A DNA stretch of 63,574 bases, counting the filler, from Asterionella formosa (Eukaryota): the NCBI GenBank assembly GCA_002256025.1. It is 23 parts of 23 records of this genome, joined end to end, with 100 filler letters (N's around TTAATTAATTAA, not from the genome) between each part and the next. Parts side by side here need not be neighbours in the genome. Positions count along the whole stretch, not along the records: positions 33,281 to 35,948 come from NKIB01014980.1; positions 36,049 to 38,716 come from NKIB01014981.1; positions 38,817 to 41,482 come from NKIB01014982.1; positions 41,583 to 44,247 come from NKIB01014983.1; positions 44,348 to 47,011 come from NKIB01014984.1; positions 47,112 to 49,774 come from NKIB01014985.1; 17 more parts are not named here. One strand, 5' to 3'. Below are positions 35,103 to 48,383 of the stretch, in pieces. Positions within the stretch are counted from its first letter, which is position 1, and the number at the start of each line of letters is the position of its first letter. The notes beneath the pieces are model-generated. The model ran no database searches. It was not told where the DNA came from and was given only the letters and a program-made list of their open reading frames with translations. The position numbers were made by a program, and so were the translations under genes.

Positions 35103-35948
35103 TCAAGTGAGAAAATTCCCATGAGACGGGACAATAATATTGCGGAGGCGGAGAAAATGGGCATCATCTTTATGTTCTTTGGTGAACAGATCAGCAACAT
35201 TGGTATCCCCTGGGAGGTGGGTGACAAAGATTTCGGAAAAACAGTGAGCGTTGCGCACAGCCATGTTGCGGATATTAATATGCCGCATCTTTTTGTTAGC
35301 ACAGTTGTGGGACCAGTCCACAGCACCTCGGTTGTCATTCCAAAGAGGGGTGGGGAGAGTGACATCAGGCATGTGGAGGTCACTAAGGATATGGCGGGTG
35401 AATTGGATAACCTTGGTGCCCTCATCTGCAGATTTGATTTCAGATTCGCAGGTACTGCGGCTCACACGAGGTTCACGAATGACATGCCAGGCAATGGGGT
35501 CACCTGTACGTGTACTGATGGAACCAAGAAGGGAGCAACACTCGGCAAGAGAGATGATGTCGGTGGGGTTGGGTTTGGAAGCATCTTGGGGGCCCCAGTT
35601 GGCATCGGTGTAAGTGGTGAGAGTGGGAGTGTCCTTGGGCCAGCCAAAGGTGGTGGAGAGGTATGAGGAAGCAAATTGCGAGGTAAAGGCAATGCCATGA
35701 TCGGCAGAGCCAGCCAGGTATCGTAACACATACTTGGCACCTAAAAGGTGAGCAGGGGTGGCATAGGAGTTGTGCTGAGCCAGGAGAGTGAGGGCCACAG
35801 AGACATCAGGACGTGTGCTGACAGCCAGCCAATTGAGAGCCCCAATGAGTGACTGGTATTGTGTAATAATGGCCGCGCGAGCTTTGGGGGAAAGTTCAGC
35901 ACCATCAGGCACAATGCGGTCATAGACCAGGCCAGAGCGATAAGGGGT
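35103..35948 (-). CDS. Ty1/copia RT C-terminus/RNase H (open frame, partial)
   Basis: YQSLIGALNW..TRPD, YTDANW, STCESE, DNRGA and NVADLFTKE. Confidence 0.93.
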   Translation of the reverse strand, partial: TPYRSGLVYDRIVPDGAELSPKARAAIITQYQSLIGALNWLAVSTRPDVSVALTLLAQHNSYATPAHLLGAKYVLRYLAGSADHGIAFTSQFASSYLSTTFGWPKDTPTLTTYTDANWGPQDASKPNPTDIISLAECCSLLGSISTRTGDPIAWHVIREPRVSRSTCESEIKSADEGTKVIQFTRHILSDLHMPDVTLPTPLWNDNRGAVDWSHNCANKKMRHINIRNMAVRNAHCFSEIFVTHLPGDTNVADLFTKEHKDDAHFLRLRNIIVPSHGNFLT

Positions 35949-37240
35949 NNNNNNNNNNNNNNNNNNNNNNNNNNNNNNNNNNNNNNNNNNNNTTAATTAA
36001 TTAANNNNNNNNNNNNNNNNNNNNNNNNNNNNNNNNNNNNNNNNNNNNTCGATGTTCCATACATGCCATCAAGACTAGTCTTGTTCTTATGTTTGCGATC
36101 GTCTTATCAGCTAAAGCAGATGTTGTTGATCAGTTGGCTGGTTGACAGCGGTTGAGTCTCCTCATGAAATGACAGGAATGTCAATATGTATACCCGGTAA
36201 ACTGTACGTGCCGGTAGCTAATGGACAACAGAAATCATCCAGATTCTTCCTCCTTCTTGCTTGGGCTGACACCTGAAAATGGTGCCGCGTCTCAAATTTT
36301 GTCATCATACCGGTAGTAGGAGTGTGGTACGGTACTTACTAACTATGTAGGGACGAGCATCATTTACATAATGTATTTTATATTATTATTAATTAAGAAC
36401 GTACCGGTAAATAGCACCGGTGCGGTACTCCGAGTACCGTAGGACCGGTAAGTATGTTGAAGCAATGCTAACAAACACAAACTGGTCACCTGCTATACCA
36501 CCTGATTACCATGTACCATATTGTGTACTTACAGACAAGCAATCCTTTGCCACATGCCTCCTCGTTGTTCTACCTGGGCACGTTTGCACGAATGGGAGAC
36601 CTGGCTGTTGATTGGCATTGTCGATCAACACACAAGGACACCTAACAATCCAGCGGACTGCTTAAACCTGGTACCAGGTATGGTTCCAGTACTCTATTGT
36701 ACATCGATACGCGATACCAGGGAACTCCTTCTGTGGTACCAGGTACAATAAAATAACACTTGCATCGATGATTCAAACTTCTCCGTGGCCATTTTCACTC
36801 TTGCGACTTTTTCCGGCTAAATTGCCCTATTGTGTGGCTTGCTATAAGCTATTGACGCATGAATATATTAAATACTATATACAAGCAAAAAAAAAAATTG
36901 GCAACTACATCTCAAATTTTTTTAGAGCTTTTTCGATTTCACCCTACATATGGCTTCTACGGGTATCTCGAACAAAACGCAGATCATGACCCATTTTTCT
37001 TCGAATCACAAACTAGTGTACCGGTATTCTCAACAAGTAGGATATAACGTCATCAATTCTATCACGACTTGATAATGACGTAGGTATGCTAATTATTTCG
37101 CATAAAAAATGTTGATGTTTAATTTAATTAATGATATGTTTTACCAGCACATAAGTAATATTGTCCCTCAACATAACATCACACATCAGTATCATACACC
37201 GGTACAGGTAGCATGAGTCGCACGTACTCAACGGTACTCA

Positions 37241-37335
37241 CCAGCAAGTTGCGGTCATTTTGCTTCACTAACATTTTAATCTGCGATAAAAATAGCTAAA
37301 TCTTTAGTTTCAGCAAAATTACCGCAACTTGCAGG
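37241..37335. mobile_element. 95-bp MITE-like hairpin
   Basis: CCAGCAAGTTGCGGTCATTTTGCT ... AGCAAAATTACCGCAACTTGCAGG|TA: 24-bp arms with 2 mismatches. The left flank is CA rather than TA. Confidence 0.7.
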
Positions 37336-37554
37336 TAGGTACACCTGCCTGGAAGGTCCGGTGATCAGCGAATTGCGCGCACTATATACTAAAAATTCCA
37401 CGTAGCGGTTTCAACCTACCGGTACTTCATTAGAAGTCTGTCCGGCTCACCAATTCCGAAATGATGAAAATCTCAAATTATTTCAATTTATTTAGATTAC
37501 CTGTAATTGTTACAAACTTTCAAACGGAAAAGCGCTGCCACCTTTCACCGCAGA

Positions 37555-37990
37555 ATCGCTGACTACCAACTTCAACTTGCTGACTGCAGACTTCTTGTTG
37601 CTAACTGCTGACTTGATTTGCTGAAAATTTGAAATATTCACTGACTGCTGACTTTGTTTGCTGACTGCTAACTTCGACATGCTGACATAGGAAGAGACTG
37701 ACTACCGTTACTGGTGTACTAATCGTGTCTACTTTTCATATTAGAATAATGATGGAAATGCATCATCTGGTTGTTGTTGGGATACTAAAAGTGACATTGA
37801 TGCCAAAAAAAAATTCATTGCTATCTACTTTGTGATATTGCTACTACCATGTACTGGCACTATCATAAAATGCTGACTTCAACTTGCTGACTTCAACTTG
37901 CTAACTACTGACTGCTGACTTCATTCGCTGAAAATTTGAAAAAATTGCTGACTGCTGACATGAAATCGTTGACTGCTGACTTCAAGTTCA
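37555..37990. repeat. Two clusters of (GCTGACT)-based degenerate repeats
   Basis: TGCTGACT/ACTTCAACTTGCT units at about 37558-37690 and 37870-37988, each containing GCTGAAAATTTGAAA. Confidence 0.75.
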
Positions 37991-38816
37991 TTTTGACAAT
38001 GAAATGAGTAACGGCTTAATGTCTATGTAAATGACTATTTAAAGAATATCGGAGTGGCACAAAATTTAGGGGTTCGACAATTTTTGGGGTATACCCCTTC
38101 CTTTTTCTCGTATGTGAATCAATGAACAGAAAACGAGCAACCTGCACGCTATGTGCACTGATTACCGGACCTTCCTGGTCCTGTACCCTGGTACATGGTG
38201 GAATTTCTTGGACGACACCACCGTATGCTGCAAGGTTCCATTGCTCCGTTGGTAATCATTCTACCAAAATTTGGCAGTACCGGGACTACCGGTATACTAC
38301 GTTTTAGAATTTTTGTCTTTCTCCATACCATATTTTCATCACGGTCAAGGAAGGAATACCGGACAGTACTGACCTGTCCAGAGTACCGGTAGAACACTCC
38401 CGGAGCCCTATCTTAAAGGAAAATACTACATTATCCAATAATGTACTGGTATATTTTGCTAAATTGGTTGGTAGGGAATAGTTGGAATCATGGAATCAAG
38501 AATTACGGAAGCATTCAACCCAACAAATATCTGTGGGGTGCATGATATCATAAAATATGATGAGAGAGATGACTTCTCGATTCTTGTTGATTTCCTTCTC
38601 ACACTTATCTTGACAACAGGATCGTTTTTGTCCCTGTTTACTGATCCACCATGTTCTCCATCCTTTCCCGTCGTGCTCTCTCCAATCCTACGGCTTTGGT
38701 CTTCACGTTCCGCACTNNNNNNNNNNNNNNNNNNNNNNNNNNNNNNNNNNNNNNNNNNNNTTAATTAATTAANNNNNNNNNNNNNNNNNNNNNNNNNNNN
38801 NNNNNNNNNNNNNNNN

Positions 38817-41149
38817 CAATCTTTGTGGGAAGTGTACCAGTAAAAGTATTGGAATACAAATATAGATAATTGAGACTTGCCAAGAGTCCAATCTCTGTGG
38901 GAATTGTGCCAGTGAAAATATTTGCAGACAAAACTAGATAATTGAGACTTGTCAAGAGTCCAATCTCTGTGGGAAGTGTGCCAGTGAAAGTATTGAAAGA
39001 CAAATCTTGATTATTGAGACTTGTCAAGAAACCAATCTCTGTGGGAAGTGTGCCATTGAAAGTATTGGAATACAAATGTAGATCAATGAGATTTGTTAAG
39101 AGACCAATCTCAGTCGGAAGTTTGCCAGTAAAAGTATTGGAATACAGATATAGATAATTGAGACTTGTCATGAGTCCAATCTCTGTTGGAAGTGTACCGC
39201 TTAACTTATTAGGACCCAATGATAAGAATGTTAAGCTTGACAAGGGTCCCAGCTCAGTTGGAATATTTCCAGTCAGATCATTACCATTTCGAAAGTTTAA
39301 ATGTCCTGTTATCAAAAAGTCTGTCAATCATTTGCTGAATTCCTTTGTCAATCAATTTTTTCCATTTACTTACGTAGTTTTGTCACTTTAGGCCAAATTG
39401 AAGTGATATTTCCTGACAATAAAACATTGTCACCAAAGTCCAATGTAGCTGGCTCAGTAGGAAAAATCAAAAATTAAAAATTCAAGTTTCAATAATTCAC
39501 ACTGATCCATCACAACAATTCTTATCCTGAACTTACAAAGATTGCTCATTTTCTCAAAAAAAGATGGTAAATTTTCAATGAAATCTGCAGAGCAATTTAA
39601 GCTCTCTTTCAAAAAGAAATTAAGAAACAGAGAAGGTTATAAAATATCTTAAAGACCTTTTTTCCGTTTTACATGTCACTTACCAATGTTTGTTAGCTGA
39701 CTGAAGCTTATAGGTAGTTCAAAAATTGAATTGTTGCTAAAGTCAATGTGGACTGTTTTTTGAAAACACAGTAAAATCAAAGGGTCAGATTGCATGGATG
39801 TTTTGGCAAAATTTGTTTTCAGTAGATCTGTGCTTACTCAATCTTTCACTTAGGACTGCTATTTCTGGAGGAATGGATCCAATAAGTCCTTCTCCACTAA
39901 GTTGCAATGAGGTTACGACTGTTCCATTGCAGCCAATCCCTTTCCAATCACAAAAGTTGTAGTTGCCATATTCATTTGGGCTAATCCATTGCTCATTTGA
40001 CCGAGACAGAGTACTCAGCCATACTTCACCAAATGCTTCATAATAGATTACCGCCAAAACATAGAATTGAAGCAAGTTGAAATCAATTTCAGTACTTTCC
40101 AACCGTGGTATGAGATCTGTTTCTAACCATAACATGGCCCTATTCTGAGATGTGCCAGCAGTTTCAAGTGCTGCACCATCATCAAATGTATGAAAAGCCA
40201 AGAAACCAAACAAGTTTGAAGAAGGGCTTTGTGATGGAGTTTCTGATGGAGTCATTGATGGAATAAGAGATCGTGTAGGTGTTGTTGTGGGTGGGCTAGG
40301 GATTGGTTTAAGTTTCTCCAGCTGGATACCAATAAAGAAACCAATGATGGCAATAAGGCAGCTTATAACGAAAATTACCACAGTTTTGGCCAAGACTCTC
40401 AACAGCTGATGTCGACAATAGGCTTTTCCAATTGCGTCTTGGTCAAAAATAGTAGCACTGGCAATTTCAGGATCAACAACAAGTTCAGCATTGAAGAGTG
40501 CTGCACCTTCCTGCTGGCCTTGTTCATTCCTCATCTCATTGGTGTCAAAATCAGCACTACCATTCGCAAAGGAAAATGTCCTCAATCCCTGTACTGGAAA
40601 CGCACCAGGAAGTGGTGGTGGTGTCACAGCTTCTTGAGCCGGAACTATTGATGAGAGTCCCGTGACAAAGAAACCAGAAGTAAGGTTGTCTTCGTGAGGC
40701 ACCACTGGTATCTCGTGGAAAGTATTGGCTTTTTGGTCTTGTTGTTCAACTTTTGCTGTCTTTGGAAAATTGGTTTCATTGCTGTAGTCAACAGACTTCT
40801 TGGAAACTTTAGGCACTGCTGCCAGATATTCCAATAAATTAGTCCCTTCCAACTTTTCCTCCTTTGCTATTTCTGCAAAAGGGTGGGAATGATATTGTTC
40901 AGCGGTAGCAGGAGAAGCAGCAACTGCATGTGAACTTTGGTCAATAATGTTTTGCAAGTCTTGGAGAGTTAGGATGTCTGATTTTGACATATTGGCAGAG
41001 GTTACATATCTGCTGGAATCATGGTCATCCTTTTCTGAAGATGTGGGTGTCAACTTCTTTTCCATTTGCATTTTGGCACGACTTCTCTCAGCATTTAGGT
41101 GCTTCTTTACGGTGAACGTCAATGCTTCTTCGTCACAATGAGTCAACAA
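38817..41149 (-). CDS. Multi-exon type-II-membrane LRR receptor-like protein (partial)
   Basis: Long N-terminal exon with PGAF motif, a TM helix, a P/T/S linker and an LRRNT cap (FCDWKGIGC). Short ~70-bp exons lie at 39370-39760, followed by plant-type LxxNxFTGTLPTEIG repeats. Confidence 0.88.
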
Positions 41150-41225
41150 AGCGGGGGGTTTCTTCTCATCAAAGGTGTCAGTGGGCTCTATCTTCTTGCC
41201 TTGACCGTCATCATTCTTCTTTTTG

Positions 41226-41267
41226 TTAGGGTTAGGGTTAGGGTTAGGGTTAGGGTTAGGGTTAGGG
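41226..41267 (+). repeat. Interstitial telomeric repeat (TTAGGG)7
   Basis: Seven perfect units plus a degenerate TAAAGGG, with unique sequence on both sides. Confidence 0.95.
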
Positions 41268-41582
41268 TAAAGGGAAGACGCCTCTAGGCGTCATCCCTAT
41301 AGAGCATCCAGCCCTCTAGGGCTGGACATGTAACTGTAGTACGCAGTATGACTAATCCTACAGATGGAAACTGGTATGGGAATGAATATGTAAGTACTGG
41401 TTGTTTGTTTTTGATATGAATATGTAGAAGGGCACTGTTTTTGTACTTACCAGAGTGATTGTCATGTAAAATGTTACACATTNNNNNNNNNNNNNNNNNN
41501 NNNNNNNNNNNNNNNNNNNNNNNNNNTTAATTAATTAANNNNNNNNNNNNNNNNNNNNNNNNNNNNNNNNNNNNNNNNNNNN

Positions 41583-41686
41583 TAGGATTATGATCATCTG
41601 ATCATAATTTTTCGTTATATCATCTAATAATTGTGATAAATGCCCTCGTAATTTAAATAGTAACCCTTTTGACTATGGAAATTTAA
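41583..41686. repeat. AT-rich dispersed repeat, inverted copy at 44348..44450
   Basis: GATAAATGCCCTCGTAATTTAAATAGTAACCCTTTTGACTATGGAAATTTAA matches the reverse complement of 44348-44399. Both copies sit at contig starts. Confidence 0.85.
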
Positions 41687-43859
41687 TTATTATATGTATT
41701 GTTTCTTTTAGGTTCCTTTATTTAAATTTCTTGGTAGGAGAATGTACCAGTGAAAGTAATGTGGTTTGGCTCATCATCCTCTCCAGTCCTCACTCTGATT
41801 CTTGCAACAACGACAAAGCAGCCATGTCGAGAGGAACGAGATTTTGTGATAAAATCTTCATTTGTCGTTCAAGTCATCATATGTCTTCGATGAATCATCA
41901 TCTACATTGCACAGTATGTTCGTACTATGCAATCCGTTAAGAGCTTGAAAAGAAATCCAATGAAAACGAAATGGCTCATCACACAAGACGAATATTTCCG
42001 GTTTGTCACCAGAGCATCGGTCAGTGTTACAACCTCAATCATAGCTAGTAAACAACATCCATTATAGAACAGCACAATCTACTTCTCCGTAACATCGTCT
42101 CTCTAACAAGAACGTAATACATCTACAATTGAAACGCAGCATAGCAGGCGATATGCACAAAGAAGCATTAGACTGCCTGTGCCGTCTATTTATAGTAAGA
42201 GAGTGATTCTGGTTTCGTAATTTTCATGTCTCATTAGATTTTCTTTGTCATCGTACTAGTTGCTTCCTTACCTTTGAAGACAGGAGCGTAGCTATTCTTT
42301 GATGTATCTGGAATATTTCAATGGATGGCAGCAGTTGTATTTAGACACAAACCTCGACAAAAGCACTAGTACCTTGTCGATGTTCATGAAAAGCGAGACA
42401 CTTTGCTTGGCCTATCGCCCACCAGCCAGTCTATACTGCAAAAATGCAAGAAGCAAGCACAATTTGAATGCCCATTTATGGATTCAAGTTTCAGTAGTGC
42501 AACAATGTAAAATATTAGAAACCGGAAGTCACATTTCATCTAATTACGGTTTTCATTAGCTATACTAGTATTGATTGAGAGGAAGCAATGGTAGAATGGC
42601 TGCCAAACGGGCGGGGGCAAACACAGAGAATCCTACTAATTTTTCTTCCCAATGATCCCAGTCCCTTCTTGAATGTCACTTGCTACAGAAAATGTAGAAC
42701 AGCCGCCATGATCTGTTGATTGTTGCTTTATGGTGCCACTGACCAAAACCTCTAGAAATCTCAATGAGTTGCTTGTTTCTTGACTTGAATGCAAAAGGGG
42801 TCGAAACCAGTGGAAAAATCAAAACAAGGGAACTAAAAATGCTCTGCAAACATCATCAGGACAATTGTGAAAGAGAAATGAAGGTTCTTGGGAGGAGAAG
42901 TAAAGGGATAATTGCTTCTGGTCTCCTTGCGGGAACAAGAATAGATTGACCCAAACAATGTTGACAAATAGGTACCTACGGGAAAAGGAAGCAATGCTTT
43001 CAGCATCATCAATCTATACACAAGCCTGCGCCACCTGATGTTGTCAGTATAGCTACCTCGACTTCATCAATGAAGAAGCAAGTCAATGGGTGGAGCATGT
43101 GAGGAAAATCGGGGTTGAGGTTTTCTTGACGCCAACGTGGGCCTGCTTGGCTGAACTCCTTGCAGATGAAGGCATTGAGTAACCTGGGCCTGTGAAGCCA
43201 AAGGATAAAGAAAAATCTATGACAAGCGTGGCGAGATAGTGTTTAGGAGGGGGGAGCAAAAGATATCATAGCTGAACGCATTCGAAACTTGTATAGACAA
43301 TAAATGGTGACATGCCATGGCTGCTCTTGGCTGACAGCTGCCAAGTCAAGTACAAACACAACGAGCGAGGGTGCACAAAAGACAGTCCAATTTTAATCGA
43401 CTGCTGGCTGATACTTAGTTGTGAGACTCACCATTCTGCAATGGGGTGGACTTTGATCATTGCTTTGTTCAAAGCACAATCAATTCGAATGCTGTCCAGT
43501 GAAACAGCCAATGAAAACAATTGTGGCGAAAAAGCGCAGAACAGATCAAGAGATTTCATAGGAATTAAAATAACAGGGCATATATGATGCACTGCTCCTT
43601 GTGTAGACTAGCTTTATTTGATCATTTCCATATTTCATACTATACAGGTGCATGGATGACTCCTCCTGCCCTTTTATTAGATATGCAGCCATGTTGCGAT
43701 AATTCTACAGGACCTATAGGATTGGTAGTCTGGTGGTCATCATTTCCGCATTGTATATACCAGTAGGAGTCACCAGCATGTATGCATGCATGCTGCGATA
43801 ATTCTTACAAGACATAAAAATTTGGTAGCTTGGGGGTTATCACTTCCGTACTGTATACA

Positions 43860-44110
43860 CATCTACAACGCCGATTACTGGTACAGCCGCCACAAAAAAA
43901 ACGCTAGTCAAATATGATCACCCAAATTAATTATTTGGGTGGCCCAATATGACGAATTTAGCTACGTACATAATTTAAGGGTATGACATCACAAAAAAAT
44001 ATGATGCATCATACAATATATATGGACGGAGTGAACTTAAATAGTTTCGACAACTTCCATAATTATTTTAGAAACCCACATAATTTTTGGGGCCAACTGA
44101 CAATATTTTC
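43860..44110 (+). mobile_element. Family C terminus, second copy
   Basis: Colinear with 21807-22055, starting at CATCTACAACGCCG. Confidence 0.8.
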
Positions 44111-44715
44111 TGGCGACACGAAGAAAAATTTGTTCAGTAATAATCTCTATAATACGGTACTTTTCTCGACAATTCGCAACATTTCCGTTCACAAATATTC
44201 TTCACTCTGACTACCATTAATTCTGTTAGTTTGCTCCCATTTTATCTNNNNNNNNNNNNNNNNNNNNNNNNNNNNNNNNNNNNNNNNNNNNTTAATTAAT
44301 TAANNNNNNNNNNNNNNNNNNNNNNNNNNNNNNNNNNNNNNNNNNNNTTAAATTTCCATAGTCAAAAGGGTTACTATTTAAATTACGAGGGCATTTATCA
44401 AAATAATTAGATGATATAACGAAAAATTACAATCAGATGGTCATAACCCAATGATTGATGATAGGAATATGATGCTTTTTATTTGCAAACGAAAGTTCCT
44501 TTCTGCAGTTTCTCGCCAGATCCAATGATATACTGACGTTGTATAGAGTTGTACTATACCCCTACTTTGATCAATTTCTGCATCTAAGCATATGGAAAGT
44601 GTGTGTGAAGCTTCGTTAAAAGTAACTGAGTGTCTGTTTTATTATAGATACGAATATTGTACCAGGCCTACAGGGACTTTAGTACTTACATACATTTTAT
44701 CCAATGCATGCTGTA

Positions 44716-46081
44716 CCTTGTATTGGGTTTAATATTTCGCATCCACCTTGTATTGGTTAAGCAATCAGATCATCAGTTCCAATTTTAGGTAGTATACCTT
44801 GTTTCGAACATGCCACGAACATGCCAATACAAGGTGTACTTTGATTTGGATGGCCCAATGCAAAGTGTACCTTGATTTGGATGACCAAATACAAGCAACA
44901 AGGTAACCCTTGATTGGGACCAAATAACTCATTTGCGAAACCCATTACAGTACAAGGATAATCATTTTAAGGTTAAAAGCTTAAAAGCAAGCTAATCTCA
45001 ATAATAATATATTCGTTTACCAATGTATATCTATTTATTTTAATATTTTAAGAAGAAACGAATACATAATTGAGTCCTACAGCAATATTGAATTTCTGAA
45101 AATGTTTGAATCATCTGTTGTTTGGGAAATGAACCCAAGCATTGCAATCATCATCGCAAGAATTCACCATTCCTTTACCAGTCAATGCAAATTGGAGCAC
45201 TCTGAACAATGTTGACAGCGAAGAACTTCAATAACAGAAGCAAGTTCCCTTTACAATCATTCAACAATTCACTGATCAGTCAATTGCATCGAAAGGAACA
45301 TTGAGACAGATGGCGTTTCTGAAGCAATCCTGAAATGAACAGAATCACAATGATAGGTGAGAAATAATGCACAGACAAGTTTTTGTGATGTCCATCATAA
45401 GCCATCCAGAAAAAGAAAAAATTGAAAGTATATTTTGCTTACTGTATGATCATATGAAACAAAAATGAAGGTTTTATATGATCAATATGCTTGCAGACAC
45501 ATAGCCGAATTTTGAAAATGTTGACAGTATACATTGCTGAATGATTATATAAATCAAAAAACAACGGTTATATTTTATTAATATGCATTGCTATGATATC
45601 ATATGTACACTTTACCAGCACTATAGACCAATACAGGGTTGATCTTGAATTGCAAAATATTGTCACCTTGTTTTGGGATGTGATGTAGTACCATCACAGG
45701 GTCACCTTGAATTGAAATTACTGTCACGCTGACTTGTTTTGGAACTCATGACTTTGTATTGGGATGTGACATAGTACAGCAGCCTAAACCCAATATAGGG
45801 GCAACCTTGAATTGCAAAATGCCGCCACCCTTGTATTGGGAAATAAACAGTGCCCAGTACAGGGAATACCTTTTATTGGATGATATGCTCATGGCAAATA
45901 AAGGAACACCTTGAAATGGAGTGATACTCGGATATTTTGTCACCTTGTATTGGACTCGACATACAGACCTTTTGCCAATAAAAGGTGAATCTTGTATTGG
46001 AATGGTTTATCACCCTGTATTGGAAAAGAATCAAATGACCAATACCTTGCATTTGAAAGCGTTGCGATGCTCAACACAGGG
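44716..46081. mobile_element. Probable TA-flanked TIR element with CCTTGTATTGG subterminal repeats
   Basis: Left TA|CCTTGTATTGGG; right CTCAACACAGGG|TA (9/12 inverted match). Many CC(T/C)TG(T/A)ATTG copies in both orientations cluster at 44716-44960 and 45620-46081. Confidence 0.55.
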
Positions 46082-47348
46082 TACCTGGTACTATGCCTGG
46101 ATTTGGAGGACGAAAACCGGTTGAAAACGTACCAAAAATTGCGAATGCAGGGTACTTCAAAATGTTAGCTTTCTTTATCCCATATTAAATTGTTTATTTA
46201 AGCCAAAGGACCGCAAGTTGCATGTATTGGTAGAGGATATAACGGTACCAGGGTACCAGTTACCCTAGTGAGCTGCTGCCTTGTGCAGCACCACTTCTTT
46301 ATGATTTGTAAAAAAGCTTCTTTCAAGCATGAATACCATTATGTTATCGTGAAAATCAACGGAAAGTCGGCCAGGTTTAACATAATTTCTTTTCGTTTTG
46401 AAAGCTTTTCTTATGATATTATACCCTAGGACCAACTGGCATACCGGTAGTCAACGTTTCTCTCGTACCGACTCCACCACGCACATCTTCGAGCATTGAT
46501 TTACAAACTATATACATATGTAGGTATGTACATTGATCCTGCCTATAAGATTGATTTCCTAACATGAGTGATGTTGACGTTGTCCTGTCACAGGCAGGGC
46601 CTCGGCCTGCCTCAGCTCCCGCCATCCACCTCGCCGCCTGATGCATTTGATTTAATTTCGATATTTTCTCATTGCCCAAGGTATATGTAGTTCCTGGTAT
46701 GTGGCAAGCTTTACTTCGTAGCTGCCAGGTTCTACACCACATAAATCACGACAGACCACTGGCCCCCCAACGTGAGCATAAATTTCAAACCTTCCATTTT
46801 CAACTGTGAGCACTCCGTACTCATTTCGTCAGTCGAAACACGAAACAAAACGCATTGAACTCGCCGTGCCTGTTGGTGGGACAAACTTCTGCAAACTAGC
46901 TACGTCGAATTCAACAAGGACAAGACTCATCCGCACCCCAGCTCAATGTCAAGCGCAGTTGTTGAATCCCAGAGCGTTGGAATGAAGCTGGACAGCCTGC
47001 TTCAGCATGTTNNNNNNNNNNNNNNNNNNNNNNNNNNNNNNNNNNNNNNNNNNNNTTAATTAATTAANNNNNNNNNNNNNNNNNNNNNNNNNNNNNNNNN
47101 NNNNNNNNNNNATTTGATGCTACTTATTACATCGCATTTCATACTTTGGTTGCTCCAAACATCATGTTCAATTTTCATTGATGTTGCATGTTACAATCAT
47201 TCTCGTGTGTTTTACGCTTGTTGTACCATCTCTATGCATATTACCGATATTCTGGTTGTCATGCTAAATTCGGCAATTTTATTGCCGAAAAATTCGATGT
47301 GCCCCATATTGCCCTTAAATAAAAATTACTTAGGAAATTACTTAGAGC

Positions 47349-47938
47349 CTAAAAATTACTTAGAAGTACCCGAATGGCGAGACGATAGCTGGAGCGGGAA
47401 TTGCTATGTGAGCCGCCTCCACGAAAACCAAAATGTCCTCGTCTACCGAAACTGTAGGAACGGCCATGTCCATTAGGACGACCAGCCATGCGACCTGCTC
47501 GACCACCTTGAGTACGAGGATTCTGAAAACAATTGCCCCAAGTATGTACACCTCCAGGATGTACCGGGCAAGGACCGCGATAATCCTGGTACGTACGACT
47601 GGCTTGTGGAGCTTGATGACGAACAGTTGCCTGACGATCCCATGCGCGTCCGGCTGCATTGACAATAGCAAGCGCTCTTCCACGACCACTTGGGGTAAAA
47701 TTATCGTTGTAGAATTGACGACTGACACGCTCGTTTTCTTGACGCATCACACGATTGCCTTCAGCAATGCGAAGACGATTTTGTGTGACTGTTTGAAAAC
47801 TGTTCTTGGGAAGATGCTTGTTTCGGTCCTTAAACGATTGTTGACTCTAGGAGTAAGCGAGAACCGAGCGAATCGATTGGTCTGAAGTCTACGCATGATT
47901 TAATTCAAACTCTTGTTGCCACTCATTGGGCATAGAAC
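47349..47938 (-). pseudogene. Ty3/gypsy gag relic
   Basis: SMPNEWQQEF..., a CPVHPGGVHTWGNC (C-x2-H-x4-H-x4-C) knuckle and an RG-rich tail. Two in-frame stops. Confidence 0.65.
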
Positions 47939-48383
47939 GGATAACGTCTGTAAATAAAAAGTATCATGCATATAGGATCAAGGGTATCGTACGCTAAGTG
48001 GCACAGGATTTTCGTATATATGATAATTTTTGGATCAAAAATATGATCAAGGTATCTTGTATCTATGATGATTTATTAATATGTTACCGACCTTGAAGTA
48101 TAATGATAATAAGAGCATTAACATAACACAATGTATATAGACTGATCAACAACTTTTTTCGTCAATATCATAAACCTTCTCATATTATTTTCACTTCTCG
48201 TGATCGCCCGATGTAAATCATTACTACAACGCATCCTAAAATCAGCTCAACTCTATGCTATCATGTGAATTTTTTAATCGTAAATCTATCTTAAATATGA
48301 TCATAATTCTAATCACAAGCATTGCTCAAAAGGATTGGAATAGATCGTAATTTAATTAACAAATTTAACAATGATATTTCTGT
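47939..48383. repeat. Dispersed repeat family A, second copy, abutting the gag relic
   Basis: Reverse-complement match to 1..444. Confidence 0.85.

Noticed and set aside
41226..41267. True chromosome end
   Set aside because: About 215 bp of non-telomeric sequence follows within the same contig.
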